Shown here piece by piece: positions 1-24,336 of a stretch of 64,000 nucleotides of DNA. Within the stretch, counting starts at the first letter, position 1. Each line of letters begins with the position of its first letter. The notes under the pieces were generated by a model, which had not been told where the DNA came from, searched no databases, and saw only the letters and a program-made list of their open reading frames with translations. The position numbers and the translations under genes were made by a program. Source of the DNA: Eledone cirrhosa (Eukaryota); assembly GCA_964016885.1 (NCBI GenBank), contig OZ024743.1, positions 125,116,001-125,180,000 of the forward strand, in the 5' to 3' direction.

Positions 1-1132
1 ATTGCCTTACTTACTACGCTGCCGCTGACTTGTACTGCTGGTCCCTCTATAGGGTCTACGTGGGGTAGGGTCTCTTCTTCCCATGCATTCTCCTCATTTA
101 GTAATCTATCATAATGACTCTTCCATGCATCTTTCTTCTCAGCACTTGTGAGGGCAAGCTCACCTTTATCATTCCGGATACACTTCTCTCCAATGACATC
201 ACAACTATCTCTGACACACTGCCTCGCAATCTTGAATACCTCCTGTTTCTGGTCCTCACGTTGTAAAACATGCTTGAATTTTCTATCCTCTGCTTCCCTC
301 CTAGCTAAGTATACTTGTCGCCTAGCTTCCCTCTTGGTCTCTATGTAATGTACCCTGCTCCCCCCGTTCTTCCATTCTTTCCATGCCTGTCTCTTGGCCT
401 TGACTGCTTCATCTACTTTATTGTTCCACCACCAAGTCACTCTCCTCCTGCTTGAGGTCTTACTCCAGCCACAAACCTCATCCGTCGCCTCTAGTAAGTT
501 ATTTTTTAGGAACTCCCAGTTCTCTTCTACGTTAAATGTCTCTATCTGTTCTTCTTTACTGTCGTAGGCGTTGAGTAAAATATCTTTAAATCTGTTACTG
601 GTTGAGGGGACTTTCAGCTTCCAGATCTTTCTTCTCCAGGTTGGCCTCTGTTTCAGGGCTCGTCTAGTTCTGACCGTGAGGTCGCTGACAACTAAGCTAT
701 GTTGGGATGTACATTCCTCACTAGGAAGGCTTTTGTGTTACGACCGTCCATCTGTCACGTCCTCTGATGAGAATAAAATCTAACTGACTAGAGTGCTCCC
801 CTGATCTATAGGTGATCAGGTGGTTGTCGGGTTTTTTAAAGTTTGTGTTACATATCGACATGTCATTGGCGTCGCAGAATTCTAGAAGTCTGAATCCTTC
901 CTCATTCCTTGTGCCAACTCCATGGCCTCCATGTACTCTATTGAAGCCGTCGCAGTGTTTACCTACGTGTCCGTTAAAATCTCCTGCAATGATTAGGAAG
1001 TCCTTGTCGTCTGTTAGAGCAGTAGTGTGTATTAGGGACTCGTAAAACCTATCCTTAAGTTCGTCTGGCAGCCCCGATTGGGGTGCGTAAGCTGATATTA
1101 TTGTGGTAATTGTCTTATTCAGGACTAGTCTG
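1..1132 (-). mobile_element. 5'-truncated RTE LINE copy (APE endonuclease/linker region), continues left of the window
   Basis: Near-identical to 37577-38711. Encodes SAYAPQ...GDFNGHVG...SQLDFIL (APE motifs) with small indels. Ends abruptly in a (TA)n run. Confidence 0.93.
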
Positions 1133-1150
1133 AATATATATATATATATA

Positions 1151-1606
1151 TGTAGGAGGTGAGTTTTATTGTAGTACAATAAAGCAATGCAGATATCGGA
1201 TAAGAAGCACTCTACAGTTTGTGGGACTGGAGTATGCATAATATAAGATCAAAAGATGGTTAAAGGAGTTCCATATATTTTATTATGCGCATTTCAAAAA
1301 CAAACATCATCAAGCAATAATATTTGTGTTATATATATTATATGTAGGAGGTGAGTTTTATTGTAGTACAATAAAGCAATGCAGATATCGGATAAGAAGC
1401 ACTCTACAGTTTGTGGGACTGGAGTATGCATAATATAAGATCAAAAGATGGTTAAAGGAGTTCCATATATTTTATTATGCGCATTCAAAAACAAACATCA
1501 TCAAGCAATAATATTTGTGTTTTCATCAGATAAAACAGGAGAACATGATATGAAGGCTAAAAAACACTTGTGGATAGTGCAGTTATATATGTTGATTTAA
1601 AACTGC
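1151..1606 (-). mobile_element. Non-coding PLE pLTR/retrozyme-like element: ~180-bp partial tandem duplication carrying a hammerhead
   Basis: 1151-1330 is repeated at 1343-1521. Flanked by (TA)n. Hammerhead at 1470-1536. Confidence 0.7.
1470..1536 (-). ncRNA. Type I hammerhead ribozyme motif (this copy lacks one A of GAAA)
   Basis: Minus strand: ttttat CTGATGA [long stem II] GAA(A) TGCGCA TA ataaaa, with palindromic stem III ATGCGCAT. The upstream partial copy keeps GAAA but ends before the CTGATGA core. Confidence 0.7.
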
Positions 1607-4958
<3,352 letters not shown>

Positions 4959-5370
4959 ATGGTGGCTGCCAACTCGTTTTCGAGTACGGCCACTACTTTA
5001 TATCCATGTAGGAGAACCCCTACCGATGCGCTGAACGAGTGTGACTTTTTAGTCTAGCCAGCGACTTGAAAACTCTGGTACAAACACTACACTTGTGACA
5101 ATTATTGACACATAGTGCTGGGCCCATGGTACCATGTGACGACAAGTGCAGAGAGATCTCCAGATATAAAGTAATGCCTGTGCTGTGAAGCTTTTATAGT
5201 GAGCAAAGGCACTGCACAAAGCCAGTCTCACTCTCTTAACCAAGATGATATTTACCAAAAAGAAGAACAAGTCAACATCATTGGATACCATCAGGGTTGC
5301 AGGTGTTATATCAGAGTTTTCCTTCTCCTAGAATTCTGCCTTGACAAAGGCTAAGGGGTCATCTCTCCCG
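4959..5370 (-). mobile_element. 5'-truncated copy of a non-coding retroposon with an RTE-like 5' region
   Basis: Homologous to 12236-12645 and 11521-11785. All three share the same minus-strand 3' end (...ggcagccacca) followed by (ATGT/AT)n. Confidence 0.7.
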
Positions 5371-5378
5371 AACATACA

Positions 5379-5518
<140 letters not shown>

Positions 5519-5519
5519 A

Positions 5520-5725
5520 TCGAAAAGACCCAGATCTCATTTGCTTAACGAGTGGGGTGGAGCTTGTCAAATCAGACTGAGAAAACATTGTTTCCATTGC
5601 TCTTCTCGATTGCTAATACTATCTGTTAGTTACAAATCCAGGCAGAAGGAGCAACGTGAAACAAAGTGTCTTGCTGGTCTGGGAATCGAAATCACAACTT
5701 CATGATTGTGATTCCCATTTCTAAC
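5520..5725 (-). mobile_element. Degenerate tRNA-derived SINE
   Basis: Minus strand has A-box-like ggcacatggctgattggttag and B-box-like gatttcgattccc. Confidence 0.5.
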
Positions 5726-5791
5726 CAATCAGCCATGTGCCTTCATTATTTGTATCAAACCATAATTCAATCTCATAAACATGAGTAAACT

Positions 5792-5906
5792 TAGGAGAAA
5801 TGACACAGTTGAATTTAATGTAGCACAATTTTTCTGACATCAACACTAAAAAAAAAAAAAAAAAAAAAATTGTGCAACATTAAATTCAACTGTGTCATTT
5901 CTCCTA
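5792..5906. repeat. 42-bp inverted repeat around a poly(A)-containing spacer
   Basis: taggagaaatgacacagttgaatttaatg..cacaattttt and its reverse complement at 5865-5906. Confidence 0.85.
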
Positions 5907-6503
5907 TATACATATACATATATATACATACATATATATATACATATATATATACATATATATATACATATATATACATACATATATATATACATATATA
6001 TATACATATATATATACATATATATATATATATACATATATATATACATATATATATACATATACATATATATATACATATATATATACATATACATACA
6101 TATATATATATATATATACATACATATATATATATATATACATACATATATATATATATATACATACATATATATATACATATACATACATATATATATA
6201 CATATATATATATACATACATATATATATACATATACATACATATATATATACATATACATACATATATATACATATATATATACATATATATATACATA
6301 TATATATACATATATATATACATATACATATACATATACATATATATATACATATACATATATATATACATATACATATACATATACATATATATATACA
6401 TATATATATACATATATATATACATATAGATATATATACATATATATATACATATAGATATATATATAGATATATATACATATATATATACATATAGATA
6501 TAT

Positions 6504-6538
<35 letters not shown>

Positions 6539-6701
6539 TATATACATATATATATACATATATATATACATATATATATACATATATATATACATATATA
6601 TACATATACATATATATACATATATATATACATATATATACATATACATATATATATACATATATATATATACATATATATACATATATATATATATATA
6701 C

Positions 6702-6752
<51 letters not shown>

Positions 6753-6763
6753 CATATATATAC

Positions 6764-6818
<55 letters not shown>

Positions 6819-8036
6819 CATATATATACATATATATATATATATACATATATATACATAATATATATATATATATATACATATATATACATATATATAT
6901 ATATATACATATATATACATATATATACATATATATACATATATATACATATATATACATATATATACATATATATATATATATACATATATATATACAT
7001 ATATACATATATATATACATATATATATACATATACATATATATATACATATATATATACATATACATATATACACATATATATACACATATATATACAT
7101 ATACATATATACATATACACATATATATACATATACATATACACATATATATACATATATACATATACACATATATACATATACACATATATATATATAC
7201 ATATACACATATATACATATACATATATACATATACATATATACATATACATACACACATATATATACATATACACATATATATATACATATACACATAT
7301 ATATATACATATACACATATATATAATACATATACATATATACATATACACATATATACATATACACATATATATACATATATATACATATATACACATA
7401 TATATACATACATATATATATATATATACATATATACATATATATATATACATATATACATATATATATATATATACATATATACATATATATATATATA
7501 CATATATACATATATACATATATATTATACATATATACATATATACATATATACATATATACATATATACATATATACATATATATATATACATATATAT
7601 ATATATACATATATACATATATATATATATACATATATACATATATATATATATACATATATATACATATATATACATATATATACATATATACATATAT
7701 ACATACATATATATACATATATACATACATATATATACATATATACATATACATACATATATATATATACATATATACATACATATATATATATACATAC
7801 ATATATATATATACATACATACATATATATATATATACATACATATATATATATACATACATACATATATATATATACATACATATATATATAATAATAC
7901 ATACATATATATACTATACATACATACATATATATACATACATACATATATATATATACATACATACATATATATATATATACATACATATATATATATA
8001 CATACATATATATATATATATATAACATATATATAC

Positions 8037-8069
<33 letters not shown>

Positions 8070-8127
8070 CATACATATATATATATACATACATATTATA
8101 TATACATACATATATATATATACATAC

Positions 8128-8190
<63 letters not shown>

Positions 8191-8296
8191 CATATATATA
8201 TACATATATATACATACATATATATATACATATATATATATACATATATATATACTATATATACATATATATACATATATATATATATACATATAC

Positions 8297-8327
<31 letters not shown>

Positions 8328-8363
8328 CATATACATTATATATATATATATACATATATATAC
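5907..8363. repeat. (TA)n/(TACA)n microsatellite field
   Basis: Direct inspection. Confidence 0.98.
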
Positions 8364-8364
8364 A

Positions 8365-9092
8365 ATTAAGTTAAAAGTGTACATCCATATATGTATACTG
8401 AAATACTAGTATGCATATGAATACACACACGTATACATATATAGATGTACCAAGTCTTTCACTGGTTACTTTACTGTGAGTATCCAGCTATGCTGTATGT
8501 AAACACACAGACAAACCGGTTTTTAGAGTCATACTGGTTTTTGAGGGAACACCTTTCCTCTATTCCCCAGAAAGCCAGACAAGGAATATTGAACTAGTTT
8601 CGTTGTTGTTACAACTCATGTTTTTATCGTCTCCGTTGAACCGGTACTTACTCACACTCTATGCAAATTAGTCTGCCCACTACTAATTTTCATAGAAAAA
8701 GCATATAACGATATGTGCTTTAACGATTCTCTAGAAAGGCCGGAAGATAGGTAAATATTGCTGATGAGTTGTAACAACAACGAAACTAGTTCAATATTCC
8801 TTGTCTGGCTTTCTGGAGAATAGAGGAAAGGTGTTTCCTCAAAAACCAGTATGACTCTAAAAACCGGTTTGTCTGTGTGTTTACATACAGAATAGCTGGC
8901 CACTCACAGTAAAGTGACCAGTGAAAAAACTTGGTACATCTACATATGTATACGTGTGTGTATTCATATACATACTAGTATTTCAGTATACATATATGGA
9001 TGTACATCTTTAACTTAATTGTTTAAGCGTCAGTCATACAAAAGTGAGTTACAAACGAAACGAAATTTAATTTCGTTTCGTTATTTGTTTTT
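8365..9092 (+). mobile_element. Fold-back non-coding PLE-derived element (~255-bp inverted arms) with hammerhead
   Basis: 8365-8619 is the reverse complement of 8764-9020. Flanked by TA microsatellites. Confidence 0.8.
8754..8798 (+). ncRNA. Minimal type I hammerhead ribozyme
   Basis: aatattg CTGATGA gttg-taacaa-caac GAAAC TA GTT caatatt: 7-bp stem I, 4-bp stem II, palindromic stem III. Confidence 0.88.
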
Positions 9093-9246
9093 TATATACA
9101 TATATATATACATATATATATACACATACATACATATATACACATACATATATATACATACATACACATACATACATACACACATACATATACATACATA
9201 CATATATATACATACATACATATATATATACATACATACATATACA

Positions 9247-9282
<36 letters not shown>

Positions 9283-9323
9283 CATACATACATATATATA
9301 CATACATACATGCATACATATAC

Positions 9324-9362
<39 letters not shown>

Positions 9363-9393
9363 CATACATATACATACACATACATATATATAC

Positions 9394-9441
<48 letters not shown>

Positions 9442-9465
9442 ACATACATATATATATATATATAC

Positions 9466-9499
<34 letters not shown>

Positions 9500-9596
9500 A
9501 CATACATATACATACATACATATATATATATACATACATACACATACATACATACATACATACATACATACATACATACATACATACATACATACA

Positions 9597-9630
<34 letters not shown>

Positions 9631-9639
9631 CATACATAC

Positions 9640-10320
9640 AAAAGAGGAGGGCCAGCAGCTGACAATAAATGTAGGCTATGTAAAACAAAGATCGAGGATG
9701 TAAGCCACATTGTTGCCAGCTGCGAAAGAATGTCATCTCGCTACTACCTCCCCATGAGACACGATGGGATAGCTAGAACTATCTGGAACGCACTTCGGAA
9801 AACAAAATTAACAACAAACGAGGAAGAATATATTGAGACAGATGGCACTAAGGAATACTGGTGGAACCTGAAAATAAAAACTGCCACCAAATTAAAGCAC
9901 AACCGGCCTGATATTGTAGTTTGGGACCACACATTGAAAACGTGTTCTGTTGTGGAGATCAGCTGCCCACTTGATGTAAACGTTGTCAGAAAAATACAGG
10001 AGAAGGAGGACATCTACGGACCATTGATGAGGAGCTTACAAATCCAGTATCCAAGATACACCTTTAGCTTCATACCCATCATTATTGGTGCTACGGGTTA
10101 TATACCAACCCGCTTGGACCAAAGTATGACCGAACTTGGATTTGCGGACAAAAAGCGCAGCTCCCTAATTCATAGTCTACAAATGGCTGCGATAGCTGGC
10201 ACCTTCAAAATATGCAAAACATTCTTGCGATTCAAGGGATAACAATTTCTTTTCTTTTACAACCTTGCCACCAGGAAGGTGGCCGGTCAAAAAAATATAC
10301 TCGAAATTAAGAGAAAGAGA
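9640..10320 (+). mobile_element. 3' end of an RLE-type non-LTR retrotransposon (R4/Dong or NeSL-like)
   Basis: CRLC..SHIVASC CCHC knuckle, RHD, and RPDIVV..EISCP..K..Y (PD..D/ExK restriction-like endonuclease). Stop at 10242. Embedded in (TACA)n. Confidence 0.88.
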
Positions 10321-10324
10321 AAAC

Positions 10325-10402
10325 ATACATACAAAATACATACATACATACATACATATATATATATACATATATATATATATACATATATAATATATAT
10401 AC

Positions 10403-10433
<31 letters not shown>

Positions 10434-10541
10434 CATATATAAATATATATACATATATATATATACATATATATATATATACATATATATATATATCAAA
10501 TATATATACAATATATATACATATACATATATATATATAAC

Positions 10542-10576
<35 letters not shown>

Positions 10577-10613
10577 CATATATATATACATACATATATA
10601 TATACATACATAC

Positions 10614-10644
<31 letters not shown>

Positions 10645-10988
10645 CATATACATATATATATACATACATACATATATATATATATACATATATATATACA
10701 TACATACATATATATATATATACATATATATATACATACATACATATATATAATATACATACATATATATATATACATATATATATACATACATATATAT
10801 ATATATACATACATATATATATATATACATATATACATATATACATATATACATATATATATACATACATATATATATACATACATATATATATACATAT
10901 ATATATACATACATATATATATACATACATATATATATACACATACATATATATATACATACATATATATATACATACATATATATAT

Positions 10989-11019
<31 letters not shown>

Positions 11020-11239
11020 ATATATACACATACATACATATATATATATACACATACATACATATATATATATATATACACATACATACATATATATACA
11101 CATACATACATATATATATATATATATACATACATACATACATACATATACATACATACATACATATATATACATACATACATACATATATACATACATA
11201 CATACATATATATATACATACATACATACATATATATAT

Positions 11240-11272
<33 letters not shown>

Positions 11273-11351
11273 TATATACATATATATATACATACATACA
11301 TATATACATACATACATACATATATACATACATACATATATACATACATAC

Positions 11352-11389
<38 letters not shown>

Positions 11390-11520
11390 ATACATACATA
11401 TATACATATATATATATACATATATACATACACATACATATATACATACATATATATATATACATACATACATACATACACATACATATATACATACATA
11501 TATATATATACATACATACA
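10325..11520. repeat. (TA)n/(TACA)n microsatellite
   Basis: Direct inspection. Confidence 0.98.
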
Positions 11521-11785
11521 TGGTGGCTGCCAACTCGTTTTCGAGTACGGCCACTACTTTATATCCATGTAGGAGAACCCCTACCAATGCGCTGAACGAA
11601 TGTGACTTTTTAGTCCAGCCAGCGACTTGAAAACTCTGGTACAAACACTACACTTGTGACAATTATTGACACATAGTGCTGGGCCCATGGTACCATGTGA
11701 CGACCAGTGCAGAGAGATCTCCAGATATAAAGCAATGCCTGTGCTGTGAAGCTTTTATAGTGAGCAAAGGCACTGCACAAAGCAG
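11521..11785 (-). mobile_element. Short 5'-truncated copy of the RTE-like non-coding retroposon
   Basis: Homologous to the start of the 4959 and 12236 copies. Confidence 0.7.
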
Positions 11786-11836
11786 CATATATATATACAT
11801 ATACATATACATACACATACACATACATACATATAC

Positions 11837-11869
<33 letters not shown>

Positions 11870-11929
11870 CATACATACATACACACATACATATACATAC
11901 ATACATATATACATACATACATACATATA

Positions 11930-11961
<32 letters not shown>

Positions 11962-12026
11962 CACATACATACATATACACATACATACACATACACATAC
12001 ATACATATACATATACATACATATAC

Positions 12027-12057
<31 letters not shown>

Positions 12058-12235
12058 CATATACATATATATATACATACATATACACATACATACATAC
12101 ATACATATACATACATACATATACACATACACATACACACATAAATATACACACATATATACATACATATACATATATATACATACACATACATACACAT
12201 ATACATATACATACATATATACATATACATACATA

Positions 12236-12826
12236 TGGTGGCTGCCAACTCGTTTTCGAGTACGGCCACTACTTTATATCCATGTAGGAGAACCCCTACC
12301 GAAGCGCTGAACGAGTGTGACTTTTTAGTCCAGCCAGCGACTTGAAAACTCTGGTACAAACACTACACCTGTGACAATTATTGACACATAGTGCTGGGCC
12401 CATGGTACCATGTGAGGACAAGTGCAGAGAGATCTCCAGATACAAAGCAATGCCTGTGCCGTGAAGCTTTTATAGTGAGCAAAGGCACTGCACAAATCCA
12501 GTCCCACTTTCTTAACCAAGATGATATTTACCAAAAAGAAGAACAAGTCAACATCATTGGATACCATCAGGGTTGCAGGTGTTATATCAGAGTTTTCCTT
12601 CTCCTAGAATTCTGCCTGACAAAGGCTAAGGGGTCATCTCTCCCGGTGATTTTGGATGGCCATTGACTTTTAAGAGCTCCTTTGCCCTTTGACAGGTTTT
12701 GTTTTTAGTCCTGCAGGATGTCCAAAGTCACCCTCCTCACCAAGAAACCTTGGTGGGGTTGCCAGTTTAGTCGCCAACGACCCGACCATGAGACAGGTTG
12801 TACTGGGATACATGTTACCAGTAGCA
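12236..12826 (-). mobile_element. Longest (~590 bp) copy of the non-coding retroposon with RTE/BovB-like 5' UTR motifs
   Basis: Minus strand has the hairpin caccaag-gttt-cttggtg-aggaggg and ctaggagaaggaaaactctga, which resemble RTE-clade 5' UTR motifs as recalled. No intact ORF. Confidence 0.65.
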
Positions 12827-17805
<4,979 letters not shown>

Positions 17806-17887
17806 GTTATTCCGGGTTGAATCGGAGGTAACCACAGTAAGTAAGGTACTCAATACATAGCAGAGTATAATAGTTTTAATATAGATG

Positions 17888-17938
17888 AGATTCTACAGGA
17901 CTAGAACTGTTTCATTCATTAGAAATCATCAGGAATCT
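17888..17938 (-). ncRNA. Type I hammerhead ribozyme
   Basis: Reverse complement of 18277-18327. Confidence 0.85.
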
Positions 17939-18276
17939 GGGTATCAAAAAATAAATATGGTATTTATAGGTCTCTACAAGTGGTAGGAGAGGGTGGGGAG
18001 TGGGATGGGTGCAGGTCATTGGTTGATAGAGAAGGGAATTCATTAAAGGCTAATTCTACATAGCTATAGTTAATTTATATTTATTTATGTTTTTAGAGTA
18101 ACAAAGGCAGACAGAAATCTATAAACAAGTTCCGGATGGCATACCATTCCTTGTCAATAAGTTTCTCTTTAATGAATTCCCTTCTCTATCAACCAATGAC
18201 CTGCACCCATCCCACTCCCCACCCTCTCCTACCACTTGTAGAGACCTATAAATACCATATTTATTTTTTGATACCC

Positions 18277-18327
18277 AGATTCCTGATGATTTCTAATGAA
18301 TGAAACAGTTCTAGTCCTGTAGAATCT
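18277..18327 (+). ncRNA. Type I hammerhead ribozyme
   Basis: agattc CTGATGA tttc-taat-gaat GAAAC AG-ttctagtc-CT GTA gaatct. GUA cleavage triplet. Confidence 0.87.
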
Positions 18328-18342
18328 CATCTATATTAAAAC

Positions 18343-21407
<3,065 letters not shown>

Positions 21408-21435
21408 ATATGAACAGTCCAAATCAAAATACGGA

Positions 21436-22527
21436 TTGAACTTCCACAAATATTTATCAGAGAATTGGAAACGCTACTTGGATGATTGCCTCATCCTTTG
21501 GTCCCACACACTTGACCAACTGAAGGATTTCAAAAACTTAATAAACGGTATCAATAACCACATCCAATTCACAATGGAATACAGCCAAGATCAACTCCCA
21601 TTTCTGGACATCTTAATCACAAAAAAAGACACAAATATCGAAACTGACATACACTACAAACCAACAGATTCCAAACAATATCTGCTATTCACCTCCAACC
21701 ATCCAAAGCACACGAAGACGAACATTCCTTTTAACCTAGCAAGAAGAATTTGCACAATTGTCTCCAATTATGAAACGCGAAATAAAAGACTTCAAGAATT
21801 AAAGGAAATTATACTTGAGAGAGAGTACCCACTATTACTAATAAATAATGGAATAGAAAGGGCTAAAGCAATAGGCATTGATGAATTACGGAAACAGAAA
21901 CAAATTCAAGGTACGTCCAATATTCTATCATATATCTCAACACACAACCCAAGAAATGCGGAAGCTTACAACACTATTCACAATAACATCCCACTACTAA
22001 AACAAAACCCAAGAATGAAAAAAGCCCTTGAAACACACAAAATAATCAAAAGACAACCAAAATCACTGAAAACATTACTCACCAATGCCAAATTACCTAC
22101 CACAAACCCACAACCAAATATCAAAAAATGTGATCGCTCTAATTGTGGAACCTGCACTCACCTCATTGAAGGCAACACGTATACATTTAAATCAGGACAA
22201 AATTTTACTGTAAAAAAAAATCACTTCACTTGCTCAACAAAAAATCTAGTTTATGCCATTAAATGTAAAGGATGCAATGAAGATTATATAGGACAAACTA
22301 AACTCACACTCAGAAACAGAATGACAGTTCATCGCCAACAATTACGAGATCCAACCACGAGACAGATACCACTAAGTGCACAACTAGACATTTGCGCAAG
22401 TAATAAGACACCCAAATTCCAAGTCTTCCCATTTTACCTTTGCGCTAACAATACAACAGAACAAATGCGAATAAATAAGGAAAATATGTTTATTCAAAAA
22501 TATAGACCAACATTAAATAAGGTTTAA
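21436..22527 (+). CDS. PLE RT C-terminal half, Cys linker and GIY-YIG endonuclease (partial)
   Basis: [18 protein letters not shown], CxxxxCxxC linker, NLVYAIKC...YIGQT..R..H. Confidence 0.92.
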   Translation: MNFHKYLSENWKRYLDDCLILWSHTLDQLKDFKNLINGINNHIQFTMEYSQDQLPFLDILITKKDTNIETDIHYKPTDSKQYLLFTSNHPKHTKTNIPFNLARRICTIVSNYETRNKRLQELKEIILEREYPLLLINNGIERAKAIGIDELRKQKQIQGTSNILSYISTHNPRNAEAYNTIHNNIPLLKQNPRMKKALETHKIIKRQPKSLKTLLTNAKLPTTNPQPNIKKCDRSNCGTCTHLIEGNTYTFKSGQNFTVKKNHFTCSTKNLVYAIKCKGCNEDYIGQTKLTLRNRMTVHRQQLRDPTTRQIPLSAQLDICASNKTPKFQVFPFYLCANNTTEQMRINKENMFIQKYRPTLNKV

Positions 22528-23017
22528 TATACATTATGTCAACACCACAATATGACATACACACACACACATAACACCTTCTACTTTAGAAAATAAAAAC
22601 CCGAACTAAATAAACCTTAACATACGTTTGCACTGGCAATACAACAGCAAACACGAAAAAGTCAGGAAAATATGTTCATTCAAAAATATTCCTACTAAAG
22701 GAATCACTTTCCTACACACACACATACACACAATATATATATATATATATATATATATTCTCTTCATCTTAACATGCTAACCATACTCCCACACACATAA
22801 CACCCATACACACCCATAACAACCCCCACACCTACAACTCCCTCCCCATTTCTACTAATAGAACCACTTTCCTACACACATATATATATATACACACACA
22901 CAAAATATATATTCTCCCCATCTTAACATACTCGCACACACATAACACCCATATACACACACACACACAACTCCCTCCCCCATCTCTACTAATAGAATCA
23001 TCTTCCAATACACACAT

Positions 23018-23048
<31 letters not shown>

Positions 23049-23549
23049 AGCACACAAATAAACACATATCTTCAGTCTCAATAGAAAATCTGAACTCTGA
23101 CAGCTGGCCATATTCACTGAACCAGAACATTTCTCCCAATCCCTTTTCTCTTGACCACTATCTCTCCATTGTCATAACATTCACTATAAAGACTACAGAA
23201 TAGTTTTCCAAATAAGGGCGCAAAAATGTAATGAAAACTTGTTCACGTGACAGCCAAATTTCATTTATAACCAACCAAAAAAAAAAGCCTTCGTGAGCCT
23301 CATTTTTTCAAGTAAAAAGAAATTCAAACACTCATATATGAAAAAACAACCTGTGACAACCTCCCCCCTTCTCTTATTTGAAGAACTATTGTAACGCGAA
23401 CTGGCGCGAAATTTATTATAATTATTGACAAACCAATCAAATTACTTCTCGAAAAACCTGGCTTTCGAGCCACTTTTTCCATATAAAACAAGTAACATTT
23501 AGAGACCAACCAGATGTGAGAAAAACCACAGACCCTCCATCTCAACTCA

Positions 23550-23587
23550 CCTTTTGAAAAGCAGAAGAACTGCGAAACCGGTAAAGG
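23550..23587 (+). ncRNA. Minimal hammerhead with U3-A8 variant core
   Basis: cctt TTGAAAA gcag-aagaa-ctgc GAAAC CG GTA aagg. Confidence 0.75.
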
Positions 23588-23765
23588 AACCAAATAAATA
23601 TATATATTTTTTAAAAAAATAAGACTTCAGTTGCATTTTCGATTTCATCCCTTTTTCTTTATATATCTATCTATCTATCTATATATCTATATCTATCTAT
23701 CTATCTATCTATATCTATCTATCTATATCTATATCTATATCTATCTATCTATCTATCTATTTATC

Positions 23766-24270
23766 TGGTGTTTCTGTGCGTAATAGCCATGGCGAAAGAG
23801 GTTGTATGGTGGACGCGTCTGAAAGGACTGAGGTCAGGCACCTTTCTCTCTGGCCAACAACTGGTCCGTTTCTTCCGATATCATTTCGGAAGAAGGATCA
23901 GGATGGAGAGAGAGGTGCTGCACCCCAGTCGTTTTTATGAAAGGTGGGTGAAAGTGGCGAGAATGGCCCGTGTGAATGGGCCTTCTCTTTACATAAGCCT
24001 GTAGGTGGAAAAGAGGAAGGAACGAGGGAGCACCCCTTCTCTGTGCTCCTGAGGAAAAGGGTTGCACACTTTTTTTCGGGGGTGTGTGCGACCCCCCAAG
24101 GCGCCTCCTCCCTATTGAGGATTTTGTTAAAAATTTTATATTTTGTTATATCTTATTTTATTTTTATATTTTGTTATTGCCTCCTCCTTATTGAGGACGC
24201 CTTTTTGTGTAAACTCCCCCCTTTGTACTTGTCCCACTTTTGATGCCCTAGTGGCAAATAAAAGAAACTT
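23766..24270 (+). mobile_element. 3' end of a Tx1/L1-like LINE inserted in (TATC)n
   Basis: AKEVVWWTR...FYERW resembles L1/Tx1 ORF2 C-termini. AATAAA precedes the (TATC)n tail, and (TATC)n also lies on the left. Confidence 0.6.
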
Positions 24271-24336
24271 ATCTATCTATCTATCTATCTATATATATAT
24301 ATATATATCTATATATATATATATATATATCTATAT

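Larger units (their letters stand above)
17806..18343. mobile_element. Fold-back non-coding PLE-derived element with two opposed hammerheads
   Basis: ~17871-18048 is the reverse complement of ~18167-18343, with a ~120-bp spacer. Same family as 52935-53100. Confidence 0.82.
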
